This document shows, one piece after another, positions 27,903 through 36,665 of a stretch of 43,206 bases of DNA (positions are counted from its first letter, which is position 1; each line of letters begins with the position of its first letter). The position numbers and the translations under genes are program-made. The DNA is from a virus (taxonomy: Duplodnaviria > Caudoviricetes): IMG/VR virus record IMGVR_UViG_3300022904_000004, positions 1 to 43,206 of that record; one strand, given 5' to 3'. The notes under the pieces were generated by a model. It ran no database searches. It was not told the origin of the DNA and saw only the letters and a program-made list of their open reading frames with translations.

Positions 27903-28266
27903 CAGACGGGCGAACGATACCCCCAGCCACATCTGCCTGGTCGCGGTGGACCTCGTCAGCCGGCTTTCCGTTGGCCTGCTCGGCGCGCTCGGCGGCGAGC
28001 TTGCGCTTCAGCACCAGCGCCGCGGTGTCGCCGTCACCGGTGAACGCGGTGATCTCGCGCGTGGCGTCCGGCGCGGGCTGGCCGATCGTATCGTCGTATG
28101 TCTCGATCAGGCGGATCGAGTAGGTCTCGGTGCTGCCGGTCAGTGTCTTGATCCGGCGCCGGGCGATGTAGGTGATCTCGTCCAGGTCGCCGTACGCGAA
28201 GGCCAGCGGTGTCGAAGGGTCGCCGTTGCCGTCCTGCTTGGCGATGCGGAGGAAGTACGTGCTCAT
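27898..28266 (-). CDS. hypothetical protein
   Basis: GAAAGGG SD; lies between the two stem-loops. Confidence 0.7.
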   Translation of the reverse strand: MSTYFLRIAKQDGNGDPSTPLAFAYGDLDEITYIARRRIKTLTGSTETYSIRLIETYDDTIGQPAPDATREITAFTGDGDTAALVLKRKLAAERAEQANGKPADEVHRDQADVAGGIVRPSA

Positions 28267-28297
28267 GCTGAGCCCTTTCGTTGTTGCGGATGTCAGA

Positions 28298-28385
28298 CCT
28301 GATCATCCGAAGCGCAGCAGCGCCCATCCAGTGCTTAGCCGTAGCTCTGACGGGTAGGGCACTGCTGCACGTTCGGGTGATCAGG
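28298..28385 (-). other. long intergenic RNA stem-loop B
   Basis: CCTGATCACCCGAA/TTCGGATGATCAGG and TGCAGCAGTGCCC/GGGCGCTGCTGCG arms. Confidence 0.7.
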
Positions 28386-29082
28386 CGGAGGCGCTGGCCG
28401 CGTTCTGCGCCTGGTACCAGGAGAGCGCGAGCGCCTGCTCCTCCGGCGTCGGGTCCACCACGCCCCAGCTGAACTGCGGCTTGGTGCCAGCGCGGTCCGG
28501 GCCGAGCGTCTTGATTCGCTCCACCCACGCGTCGTACTCGGCGGTGGCCTGCTGCCACGTCTTGCCACTGCGGTAACCGGCGCCGGTCGGGCAACGGTGC
28601 ACCACGCCGAGCAGCAGCGGCAGCCCCGCGGCGGCCAGCCCGTCCAGCTTCGCCGTGAAGGACGCCCCGAAGGCGTACCACCGCGGGAAAGTGTAGGGCA
28701 GCTCGTACGTGTTGGACTGCTCCGGGAGCGCGGGCTGGTCACCGTTGGCCGGCTTGGCGGGGGTGACGATGGTCAGCGGCCCGCCGGTCAGCACGGTGAG
28801 GTTGGTGGACCAGAAGTTCTGCGTCTCGCCGTTGGTGCTGTTCGGCTTCGGCTGGTCCATCAGCTTCTCGATCGGCTCCAGCACGATGAGACGGCCGATC
28901 AGGTCCATGTGCTGCGGGCCGCGGACGCCGCCGCCCGAGTTGATGCTGTCCGGCGTGGCGAACGGGTTGGCGCCGGGGTTGAGCGAGCGGTGTGCGGCCA
29001 GCGGACCGGCGGCCGGTGCATTACCGGTCGGCGCGGAGCTGGACGGGGCGGCACTGGCGGCGGCCCACGGATCGGTGGTCAT
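28381..29082 (-). CDS. putative single-stranded DNA-binding / recombination accessory protein
   Basis: AGGAGG SD; DLIGRLIVLEP core and DPTPEEQALA tail; near exonuclease; function by resemblance only. Confidence 0.5.
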   Translation of the reverse strand: MTTDPWAAASAAPSSSAPTGNAPAAGPLAAHRSLNPGANPFATPDSINSGGGVRGPQHMDLIGRLIVLEPIEKLMDQPKPNSTNGETQNFWSTNLTVLTGGPLTIVTPAKPANGDQPALPEQSNTYELPYTFPRWYAFGASFTAKLDGLAAAGLPLLLGVVHRCPTGAGYRSGKTWQQATAEYDAWVERIKTLGPDRAGTKPQFSWGVVDPTPEEQALALSWYQAQNAASASA

Positions 29083-29091
29083 AGATCCTCC

Positions 29092-29124
29092 TGCGATTTG
29101 CGAGATGCGATGTGCGATCTGCGT
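29092..29124. repeat. five tandem 7-bp repeats TGCGA-NN
   Basis: TGCGA at 29092, 29099, 29106, 29113 and TGCGT at 29120. Confidence 0.85.
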
Positions 29125-29226
29125 GCCCCGGCGCTGCTCGACTAGCGCTGACCTTCCTGCCTGACGTGCGGGCATCCGGCTCGGGGCGAGAGGCGCGCCG
29201 TGCTGGCCGCGCCGTTGGTGCTGAAG

Positions 29227-29370
29227 CTACCCGATCAGGGCGCGGCGGATGCGCTGCGCCCGGGTTGTCGGGCCTTTGGTCCACGGGAAATTGGCGGTGG
29301 TGTCCGGACCCATGCCGCGCTGGCCCTTCACCTTCTTGGTCTCGCCGTTCTGCGTCACCTTGCGCGCCAT
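29227..29370 (-). CDS. small basic protein (47 aa)
   Basis: MARKVTQNGETKKVKG...; TGATG coupling with upstream ORF. Confidence 0.55.
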   Translation of the reverse strand: MARKVTQNGETKKVKGQRGMGPDTTANFPWTKGPTTRAQRIRRALIG

Positions 29371-29513
29371 CAGATGCTCCGCTTCCCGCGGCCGGCCGCC
29401 TTCGCCGCCGCCTCCTGGCTCTGGCCCTGCTTGCGGGCCGCCGCCTGCTCGATGATCTGCCGCGCCTTACGCATCGCGTTCGCCACCGCGTCCTCACTGC
29501 CGGTGTTTCGCAC
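29370..29513 (-). CDS. small basic protein (47 aa)
   Basis: GAGGCGAG before GTG 29513. Confidence 0.55.
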   Translation of the reverse strand: MRNTGSEDAVANAMRKARQIIEQAAARKQGQSQEAAAKAAGRGKRSI

Positions 29514-29730
29514 TCTCGCCTCGCTCTCGCCTGTCAGATCTCGCCCTGCTCCTGTCAAGTGGTGCACCGGCCTAACCACCTACCGGCTCGCGGAACCCTC
29601 GAAACTATGAGCCATTCAGGGCGGCAACGATGATCATTTCACCGGATCACCTCGGCCTGCTCGCCTGCCACTATCTGCGTTTGCGAGTGGTTCCGTGCCT
29701 GCCGTTCCGCTTCCCTTGCTGCTACGACCA

Positions 29731-29759
29731 ACCCTAATGGGCCATCACTCGGATGTCAA
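29731..29759 (-). promoter_or_regulatory. conserved promoter/operator copy 5
   Basis: TTGACA-TCCGAGTGATGGCCCAT-TAGGGT, 17-nt spacer; -35 contains the exonuclease stop codon. Confidence 0.8.
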
Positions 29760-30766
29760 CTGGTAGGCCAGTACGATTCGCGGTCGCGGCCGGCGCTCTT
29801 GCCGTCCGAGCGCACGGTGCACACTTCGCGCGCCAGCTGCATCGTGCGCCACCCCCGCGTCAGGTCCGCCCGGCGCAGGCGCGGCTCGCCGCCGTCACTC
29901 GGCATGTGCAGGATCACGCCTTCGGTCAGGTCCACGCCGAGCGGCTTCGGGCCGGGCACGTAAACCACCTCGAACACGCCGGGGCTGGTCTCGATCGTCT
30001 CCAGCATCCACTCCGCGTACGCGTAGCCGGCGAGCTGGCCGTCCATCTCCAGCCACGTCCAGAACGGCTTGCGCTTCGTCTTCAGGTCAGCCATGACCAG
30101 GCGGCCGGACTTGCGGTGCATGAGGATGTTGTCAAACTTGCCACCGGCGATCAGCTTGACGTTGCGGACGGTGCGCTCGCACAGCTCCGGGATGACCTCG
30201 AAGCCTGCGGCGTCCAGCAGCTCCCGGAGCGCCCGGATCTCCGCGTTGATCTGCTCAGTGCCGCTGAAGGTGTGCCCGGCGCTCTTGCCGTTGATGTCCC
30301 ACACGTCATGCCGCACGATGCCGGCGTCCCGCGCCGCGTTGGCGCCGGAGATGTCCTTGGCGCGCTCGGTAATGGCGGCCAGCTCGCCGCGCAGCACCTT
30401 CTCCGGCTCGTCCTTCAGCGCCTGGAAGTCGACGCCGCGCTCCTTGGCCGCGTACACCACCCGGCGGAGCTCGGCGGCGAGCTCCGGGTGCAGCCCCACG
30501 CCGATGAGCGCCTGCTCCAGCTCCCAGAGCCCGAGCGCCTTGGTGTCGGAGATGCTGGCCGCCAGGTTGGTCATCGACTGCACGCCGCCGGGCACCCACG
30601 GCTCCACGCCGGGCGGGCAGCTCTTGGTGCCGACCTCGCCAGGTAGCAGCGGCACCTTGTAGCGGTGTTGCGTCGGGTGCCGCGTGCCCATCGGGATGTC
30701 CGCGTAGCCAGGACCCTTGACCGGACGCACCTCGGACGGCATGGCGAACGGGCTGGCGTCAGGCAT
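29756..30766 (-). CDS. PD-(D/E)XK exonuclease (RecE/Cas4-like)
   Basis: GIVRH...ERTV...GKFD...ADLKT...QLAGY motifs. Confidence 0.85.
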   Translation of the reverse strand: MPDASPFAMPSEVRPVKGPGYADIPMGTRHPTQHRYKVPLLPGEVGTKSCPPGVEPWVPGGVQSMTNLAASISDTKALGLWELEQALIGVGLHPELAAELRRVVYAAKERGVDFQALKDEPEKVLRGELAAITERAKDISGANAARDAGIVRHDVWDINGKSAGHTFSGTEQINAEIRALRELLDAAGFEVIPELCERTVRNVKLIAGGKFDNILMHRKSGRLVMADLKTKRKPFWTWLEMDGQLAGYAYAEWMLETIETSPGVFEVVYVPGPKPLGVDLTEGVILHMPSDGGEPRLRRADLTRGWRTMQLAREVCTVRSDGKSAGRDRESYWPTS

Positions 30767-31061
30767 ACCAGAACCCCCCGCATCGGTCGGCCAGCGCGTC
30801 CCACGCCGCGCTCACGTCCGGGTGCACATGGTTCAGCAGCACGCCGTCAGCCGCGCTGTGTGCGCCTTCCGGATCGTCCGCAGAGATCGCGCTCAGCACA
30901 CCGATGGCCGCCGCGTTCCGAGTCGCCTCATCTGCCGCGATCAGATCGAGCACCGCCTGAATGCCCAATTCGATCTCGGTATCCATCAGTTCGACCCTGC
31001 CGCCGAGATCGACCCACACGGCTTTCTTGAAAGCCGTGATCATCTGCTGCGTCACCTTCAC
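30759..31061 (-). CDS. hypothetical protein
   Basis: DPEGAHSAADGVLL...FWYA motif; GAGGCGAG SD. Confidence 0.65.
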   Translation of the reverse strand: MKVTQQMITAFKKAVWVDLGGRVELMDTEIELGIQAVLDLIAADEATRNAAAIGVLSAISADDPEGAHSAADGVLLNHVHPDVSAAWDALADRCGGFWYA

Positions 31062-31231
31062 AGCTCTCGCCTCCTCATCTCGCTTGCCGTCAGGATCACG
31101 GCGCTCGCCCTGCTGCCTCGGATGATCTTCGCGTTGCGGTAGCCGGTCACCTTGTACAGCGCGTTGCCGTCCAGTACGCCGTACGGCGTGGTGTCCTCCT
31201 CCGCAATGCGCCTCGCCTCGCGCCTGTTCAC
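31058..31231 (-). CDS. small hypothetical protein (57 aa)
   Basis: GTGA overlaps at both ends; absent from the ORF track. Confidence 0.5.
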   Translation of the reverse strand: MNRREARRIAEEDTTPYGVLDGNALYKVTGYRNAKIIRGSRASAVILTASEMRRREL

Positions 31232-31440
31232 TGCGGTAGCGCCTTCAGCGTCTTGGTGAGCAAAGAGCGCAACGTGTCCACGTCCGCAACGCCACCGCCA
31301 ACCTCCACCTTCAGATCGAGTTCATCCCCCGGTGCGTTCTGCGCGACGATCAGTGCCCATGGATTGCCGTCACACAGCATGTCCAATACCTCGGAGCGTG
31401 TATCTCCGTCCGGCACCACGGTCTCTTTGTACTCAGTCAC
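31228..31440 (-). CDS. small acidic hypothetical protein
   Basis: GTGA overlaps; SD GGAGGCGAG. Confidence 0.55.
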   Translation of the reverse strand: MTEYKETVVPDGDTRSEVLDMLCDGNPWALIVAQNAPGDELDLKVEVGGGVADVDTLRSLLTKTLKALPQ

Positions 31441-33254
31441 GCCTTGCTCGCCTCCACTACTCGGCGCACGAGCGGGTCTATCCGCCGCGCGGCGTTCACG
31501 TTGTCGATGCGCTCCGACAGCTCGCCCTTGCTCAGTCCGTCCGGCACGATGCCAAGCTTGGTGGCGTAGTTCTTCTGCGCCTCCGTCGGCTCGGCCCTGC
31601 GCCACACGCTCTTCTTGCCGATCAAGCTCTTGGTGCCGTGCCCGCCGGTTTCCACGGCCAGCTCCTCCGCCCACCCGAGCGCCTCCTCCAGCGGCAGATC
31701 GACGTAGTCGGTGGCGCGCGCCCAGGGGTCTACTCCATCACGGCGGTACGACAGTTTTGAGCAGAGCACTACGTCGTAGTGACTCGGCTCGCCGGCGATG
31801 CTCTCCACCAGGAACACGTAACCCACGCCGCCCGCGCTCATGAACCAGGCGCCTTCCGGCGTCCGGCTCCACAGCGATGCCCTGCCAAGGGGGTCGTATT
31901 CGACCACGGAGATCTCGCCGTGGTAATCCTCGGCGAAGTCGAGCGCGCCGCCGCCTTGCTCCGGCTGCTGCTCCTCGATCTCCTGGAGCATCATGTCGAT
32001 CTCCAGCAGCGAATCGCCGTCTTGGGCGTTCACGCCCTGCATGCGCTCCGGCGAAAGGTCGATCAGGCCACGCAACCCGTGCCGTGCGCCGGCGCCCACG
32101 CAATCCAGCAGCAGCGCCTTCTCTCGCTCGGCGGGCGGAACGGTCAAGTCTGGCCGCAGGACGCGACCGCCGCGCTGCTGATAGCGCGGCTCGGACAGCG
32201 TGGGCGAGGCGAGCACCGCCACGTCCACGGTCGGCTCGTCAAACCCTTCATTCAGGGCATCGACGCTGTGCACCACCACCGTTTCGCCGGAGTGCAGGCG
32301 CGCCAGCACGGCGCGCCGCTCCGCCTTACTCAGACGAGTGCGGTCTCCGTGCACCACCTCGGACGGAATGCCGGCGGCGTTGAACGCTTCAGCCGCATGG
32401 TAGGCGGTGTCGATCAGCGGCCAGAACGCGATGCCTTTGCGGAGCTGCCCGGTGCGCTCGCTGACGGCGTGCTCCAGATACGCCTTGGCGATGGTCTCCG
32501 GAGCGAAGGTGCGCTCCAGCTCCTCCGCCATCGAAGCGTCCGAGAAGTCCCCGCCGGTCACTTTCACCTTGCGGAGATCCATGTCCGGGATGATCACCTG
32601 TTTAGCGCGCACGTCCAGCAGATAGCCGCGGCGGATGCCGAACAGCACATCACGCCGGAAGATCCCGCCCGGCGGCGCCTGCCATACCGTGCTCAGCTTG
32701 CCCTTGTCGCCCCGCGCCAGCGTGGCCGTGAAGCCGGCGACCATCGGCGTAGAGCGCGTCGGATAAGTGTCAGGTCCGTCATGCGGATCAATGACAGGTC
32801 CCGGCTCATCGGCGGCGAAACATCCGTAGTGCTCCAGGATCTTGCCGTAGGTGTTAGTGCGCAGCGCGTGGTGCGCCTCATCGATCACGATCAGCCCGAC
32901 GCTGCGGATGGCGTCCCGGCGCTTCTTGGACTGGAGCGTCTGGCGCGAGGCGATGATGATCTCCGCCGTGACCTGATTCATCTCCGCCTTGACGATGCCC
33001 ACCCGGCGGCCGGGGTTGTTGCGGCGCGCCTTCCTGGCCGCCTGCTCCGCCAGCTCGTCCGTGTGCACGATGTCCAGCACGCGCTGGCCGGCGTCCAAGA
33101 ACGGGTCGAGCAGGGTGGGGTCGGTGAAGATCTCCGTCTTGCCGAGCCCGGTAGCCAGCACGGCAGGAGGGCGGTTGACGCCGGCCGCCCACGCCGCCCG
33201 GAGATAGGCGATCGCTTCGTGCTGGTAGTCGCGAAGCTGCCGCGCGGGAGTCAT
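31437..33254 (-). CDS. SF2 DEAH-box helicase
   Basis: LRDYQ Q-motif, ATGLGKT, DEAH, TAT, EGFDEP, QRGGRVLR. Confidence 0.92.
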   Translation of the reverse strand: MTPARQLRDYQHEAIAYLRAAWAAGVNRPPAVLATGLGKTEIFTDPTLLDPFLDAGQRVLDIVHTDELAEQAARKARRNNPGRRVGIVKAEMNQVTAEIIIASRQTLQSKKRRDAIRSVGLIVIDEAHHALRTNTYGKILEHYGCFAADEPGPVIDPHDGPDTYPTRSTPMVAGFTATLARGDKGKLSTVWQAPPGGIFRRDVLFGIRRGYLLDVRAKQVIIPDMDLRKVKVTGGDFSDASMAEELERTFAPETIAKAYLEHAVSERTGQLRKGIAFWPLIDTAYHAAEAFNAAGIPSEVVHGDRTRLSKAERRAVLARLHSGETVVVHSVDALNEGFDEPTVDVAVLASPTLSEPRYQQRGGRVLRPDLTVPPAEREKALLLDCVGAGARHGLRGLIDLSPERMQGVNAQDGDSLLEIDMMLQEIEEQQPEQGGGALDFAEDYHGEISVVEYDPLGRASLWSRTPEGAWFMSAGGVGYVFLVESIAGEPSHYDVVLCSKLSYRRDGVDPWARATDYVDLPLEEALGWAEELAVETGGHGTKSLIGKKSVWRRAEPTEAQKNYATKLGIVPDGLSKGELSERIDNVNAARRIDPLVRRVVEASKA

Positions 33255-34174
33255 CGGAGACCGGCCAGAATGGCGTGCGCCAGACGTGGCGGCACGGCGT
33301 TGCCGATCTGCTGACCGACCTCCGACTTCGTGCCGTGCCACACATAGTCGTCCGGGAAGGTCTGGAGCCGCGCCGCCTCGCTGAGGGTCAGGTTGCGTAC
33401 GTGCCCGTCCGGAAAGTGGACCTTGTTCCGGTCCGCCCGACCGGTGACGGCGAACGCCGGCTGTGCCGCGGTCCGCCGTCCGCGGTTGCGCGGGTTCCCG
33501 CCGGTCCCGTAGTTGCTCACCACGTACGTGCCGTCCGGCCAGCCGAGTGCCTCGCCCTGCGTGACGTACGGCTTCCAGTCCGAGCCGTAAGTGATTCCAG
33601 GCAGCACGGCCGCGATGCCGTCCCGGCGCGCCACCAGCACGGCGCGCTTCCGGTTCTGCGGAACGCCGTAGTCCGCCGCGTCCAGCACGTCCACAGCCAC
33701 GCTGTAGCCAGCGGCCATCAACGGCAGGCGGCACTCGCGCCACACGGACAGCACTCGGTCGGACTGCTCCCAGGCGATGACCCGCGGCAGGCCCTCCAAC
33801 GCGATGCGCAGCGGCTCCAGCACCAGCGCCGTCAGGGGATCGAGATCGAGCGAAGTGGGCTCGGCGCCATCCGCGACAGCGCGTACCCCCGCGAGCACGG
33901 CGGCCATCGTCCGCCGACCGGCACCGTTACCGGCAGGGCTGAACGTCGTGCATACAGGCGATGCGAGTAGGAGGTCATAATCACCGGGCCACGCCACTAC
34001 GTGCCGGACGTCCATGCTCGGCAGATGTGCGAATCCCGCCCTCGCGGCTGTGAGGCGCGCCGGTTCCCAGCTCTCCACCCCGTACGTGGTCCAGCCGAGC
34101 GGCTCGGCTGCCACGTCCCAACCACGCGCTCCGCTGAACAGGTCCAACGCGTCCCGACTGCTCATCTCACCCAT
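33251..34174 (-). CDS. C5 cytosine DNA methyltransferase
   Basis: DLFSGARG (I), SPVCTTFS (IV), YGVPQNRKR (VIII), EAARLQTFP (IX), QIGNAVPP (X). Confidence 0.9.
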   Translation of the reverse strand: MGEMSSRDALDLFSGARGWDVAAEPLGWTTYGVESWEPARLTAARAGFAHLPSMDVRHVVAWPGDYDLLLASPVCTTFSPAGNGAGRRTMAAVLAGVRAVADGAEPTSLDLDPLTALVLEPLRIALEGLPRVIAWEQSDRVLSVWRECRLPLMAAGYSVAVDVLDAADYGVPQNRKRAVLVARRDGIAAVLPGITYGSDWKPYVTQGEALGWPDGTYVVSNYGTGGNPRNRGRRTAAQPAFAVTGRADRNKVHFPDGHVRNLTLSEAARLQTFPDDYVWHGTKSEVGQQIGNAVPPRLAHAILAGLR

Positions 34175-34180
34175 GCCCGT

Positions 34181-34208
34181 AGTCTACTCGATGTCACTCG
34201 GAAGTCAA
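34181..34208 (-). promoter_or_regulatory. conserved promoter/operator copy 6 (leaderless MTase)
   Basis: TTGACT-TCCGAGTGACATCGAG-TAGACT then 6 nt to ATG 34174. Confidence 0.85.
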
Positions 34209-35063
34209 TCGGTTGTCCCAGCCGATGGCATCGATGGCGGCGATCTCTGCGGGGTCCAGCAGGATCTCCACGGCGAAGTCCGGGGCCATGTTGCGCGGCT
34301 CGCCGCCGTCCAGGCAGATCACCACCTCGCCCGGCTGCACCACGTGGTCGTCCCAGTGCTGCTCACCCGGCACCACGTGCCACACGCCGCGGTCCTTCGG
34401 CAGACCATCGCTGCCGTCCGGGTTGCGAGTGGCGGGCTGCGGCGGCCAGTACCGGTCTGTCACCGTGCTCTGCGCGTCCGTGCCTGCGGGCCGGATCACG
34501 TCACCCTTACGCACGTCCCGCAGGGGCCGCGGGTGCCACACCGTGCGCACCTCGCCGCAATCGACACAAGGCTCAGTGAGGTCCGAGCCGTCCACCCGAT
34601 CCACGCTGGCGCCTGCCAGCACAGGCGCGCAGTTGTTGCACTCCGCGGCCGGCGGCTGGTGACCGACGCACTGCATGCGCGGCCAGTTGCAGCCGTTGAT
34701 CACGTTCACCGGACCCTCGCCGGACATCGGTCCGCCGTGCGCGTCAGAGCCGAACAAGTAGATCTCGCCAGCGATCTCACGACCCTGACGCTCCAACTCC
34801 GCATCCTGCCCGGCGGGGATCAACTCGCCGCTGAGCCGATCCTCGCGCGGCCCATCGGAGCAGGCAGCGCACGCCGTCTCGCCGTGACCGATGTTCGCGC
34901 CGCAACCCGGGCAGATGTGCCGCTCATAGTTACAGGCGGCACATCTGACGATCAGCTGCCAGATCAATGCTTCCAAATCGACGGTCAGGGCGGTCCGCCT
35001 GCCCGGGATGGCCCGGCGCCACTGGATCGCCGCGTTGATGACGGCGCGCTCTTCCGGTGTCAT
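34194..35063 (-). CDS. Cys-rich hypothetical protein
   Basis: Several CxxC pairs; SD AAGGAG; last codons encoded by the operator motif. Confidence 0.65.
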   Translation of the reverse strand: MTPEERAVINAAIQWRRAIPGRRTALTVDLEALIWQLIVRCAACNYERHICPGCGANIGHGETACAACSDGPREDRLSGELIPAGQDAELERQGREIAGEIYLFGSDAHGGPMSGEGPVNVINGCNWPRMQCVGHQPPAAECNNCAPVLAGASVDRVDGSDLTEPCVDCGEVRTVWHPRPLRDVRKGDVIRPAGTDAQSTVTDRYWPPQPATRNPDGSDGLPKDRGVWHVVPGEQHWDDHVVQPGEVVICLDGGEPRNMAPDFAVEILLDPAEIAAIDAIGWDNRLTSE

Positions 35064-35491
35064 CGCTCCTTCGCCTCCTGCTTAGCCGTGTCGAGCACCT
35101 GCACGAACACCTCGCCGCTCGCGTCCTGGTGGAGATGGCCGGCGTGACCGGCGCCGAGGGTGCAGCCGATGCGCCACCACTCGCCGTCCGAGTCGTACCC
35201 CATGCCCGCGTTGTGCCACGCCGGGCAGAGCAGGCTGGCCGCGGTCAACGCTTCGAGCTCGCCGTCGTACTGGTCGGCCAGCGTCATGCCGAGCACGCTG
35301 ATCAGCATGCCGAGCAACGCCAGTAGGATAAACGGCAGCATCAGCGCGAATTGGCTCCAGCCGAGCGCCGCCTGCCCGAGGACGTGCATGAACGGCACGG
35401 CGATACCGATCAGGCACAACATGTCACCCGCGTACTCCGCCCGGCGCGCCCGGCGCGCCTTGCTCTTCAGCCGTGCCGCGGTCCGCGTCAT
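35060..35491 (-). CDS. membrane protein
   Basis: Two TM helices plus C...CTLGAGHAGHLH tail. Confidence 0.6.
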   Translation of the reverse strand: MTRTAARLKSKARRARRAEYAGDMLCLIGIAVPFMHVLGQAALGWSQFALMLPFILLALLGMLISVLGMTLADQYDGELEALTAASLLCPAWHNAGMGYDSDGEWWRIGCTLGAGHAGHLHQDASGEVFVQVLDTAKQEAKER

Positions 35492-35961
35492 GACCCCTCG
35501 CCTTCGGTGGTCGACAGACTCACCAGCACGATCGGGCCGAACTTTTCGCGCAATTGCTTCAGCGAATAATGACCACCCTTAAGGGGATTCTCGCTTTGCA
35601 CCCATCCGTGCTCGCCTTTGCGCCAATTGTCCTCTTCGGCGTCGAACACCACTGTGCCGATGGGCGGGTTCTCATCGCCGGCCAGCACCTGGCCGATCCA
35701 GAATGCCGCACCTTCAGTGTCGCGCATGATGGTGGCCACCTCGCGGTGGAGGTGGCGGTTGCGGATGTTGTACCGGATCATGGAGGCGAACAGCACGATC
35801 AACAGGATCGGCCAACCGACGCCAGCGAGGAAGCCGAGACCCCATGCCGCGGGCAGCGTGCCGCTGCTCTCGCTCAGGTGGTAGTTGCCCACCATCGCGC
35901 CGATCATCAGGGCGGACGCCACGTACATGCACAGCCCCACCACTGCGAGCGCCGTGATCAC
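35488..35961 (-). CDS. membrane protein with C-terminal domain shared with neighbour
   Basis: Two TM; IGQVLAGDENPPIGTVVFD. Confidence 0.65.
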   Translation of the reverse strand: MITALAVVGLCMYVASALMIGAMVGNYHLSESSGTLPAAWGLGFLAGVGWPILLIVLFASMIRYNIRNRHLHREVATIMRDTEGAAFWIGQVLAGDENPPIGTVVFDAEEDNWRKGEHGWVQSENPLKGGHYSLKQLREKFGPIVLVSLSTTEGEGS

Positions 35962-36359
35962 TGCGCACCGCCCGGCAGGCTCATGATGGTGACCGGGGCG
36001 TAGCGCTCAACTGTGCCGGGCCAGTGATTGACACTCACCGTGTCATCGTCTGCGGACTCCCAGAGGTCGCCACGGAACGTCCAGAGATCGTTGTCCTTAT
36101 CCACCACAACCGTGCCGACCGGCAGCTGCTCATCGCCGGTCAGCTCCTGACCGATGAAGAAGCCGGTGGCTGGCGGGTTGCCGAAGGTGGCGCTCAACTC
36201 GGTGTAGGCGGTCAGCGCTTCGGTCAGCGCGTCGCGCATCTCCTGCACCTCGGCACCCGCGAAGGACTTGCCGTTGATCTCGATGTGCTCCGGCGTGATC
36301 ATGACGTTCTGGAGCAGCGGCACATCAGTGATCCGCACTCCCAGCTTCTCAATCTGCAT
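35958..36359 (-). CDS. hypothetical protein
   Basis: AGGAG SD; IGQELTGDEQLPVGTVVVD. Confidence 0.65.
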   Translation of the reverse strand: MQIEKLGVRITDVPLLQNVMITPEHIEINGKSFAGAEVQEMRDALTEALTAYTELSATFGNPPATGFFIGQELTGDEQLPVGTVVVDKDNDLWTFRGDLWESADDDTVSVNHWPGTVERYAPVTIMSLPGGAQ

Positions 36360-36360
36360 A

Positions 36361-36543
36361 TCAGATCTCCTGCGTCTTGACAGGGTAGGCGGCGAGCGCG
36401 GTCCGGAGCGCAGCAAGCTCCTGATCGGTCAGGCGCACCACGTTGGCGATGTTGCTGCCGATGATGTGCAGCTCGTGTTTCTCGTGGGGGTTGTGCAGCG
36501 CACCCGGGCGCACCGGCTGAACTTTGATCTCACGCTGTCTCAT
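36361..36543 (-). CDS. small hypothetical protein, first leftward gene
   Basis: Leaderless ATG 6 nt after TAGGCT. Confidence 0.65.
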   Translation of the reverse strand: MRQREIKVQPVRPGALHNPHEKHELHIIGSNIANVVRLTDQELAALRTALAAYPVKTQEI

Positions 36544-36549
36544 ACCCCT

Positions 36550-36577
36550 AGCCTACCCAATGTCACTCGGAAGTCAA
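36550..36577 (-). promoter_or_regulatory. conserved promoter/operator copy 7 (leftward)
   Basis: TTGACT-TCCGAGTGACATTGGG-TAGGCT, 16-nt spacer. Confidence 0.85.
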
Positions 36578-36594
36578 CAGGGTAGCTACCGAAA

Positions 36595-36615
36595 CCGAGT
36601 GACATCGAGTAGCCT
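36595..36615 (+). promoter_or_regulatory. divergent operator/promoter copy 8 with degenerate -35
   Basis: CCGAGTGACATCGAG-TAGCCT, identical core to copy 6, no TTGAC. Confidence 0.65.
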
Positions 36616-36665
36616 GATCGTGAGCCGGGATCGGACCGACCGCCCCCGGAGAGGAGGAGACTGTC

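Noticed and set aside
29540-29650. Possible tRNA (minus strand ends ...GCACCA)
   Set aside because: No convincing cloverleaf, T-loop GTTCRA or acceptor stem
29894-29902. Extra CCGAGTGAC core inside the exonuclease gene
   Set aside because: Lacks TTGAC and a spaced -10; may be chance, not counted
31955-32050. Small TGCTCC cluster in helicase gene
   Set aside because: Few copies, explained by Glu-Gln codons in common usage
1202-33314. Long opposite-strand ORFs such as 1202..2530(-), 4560..6005(-), 9248..10780(-), 23296..24972(+), 31779..33314(+)
   Set aside because: Shadow ORFs of high-GC genes; no motifs or start signals and fully overlapped by well-supported CDSs
16714-33743. Upstream-extended starts in the ORF track (16714, 18984, 20774, 26490, 26633, 27334, 33743)
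   Set aside because: Extensions overlap neighbouring genes; shorter starts have SD sites or 4-bp stop/start overlaps
18540-34174. Glycosylated hydroxymethylcytosine DNA-modification pathway (MTase plus GTs)
   Set aside because: No TET/JBP dioxygenase or dCMP hydroxymethylase recognised and the genes are not linked; left only as a possibility
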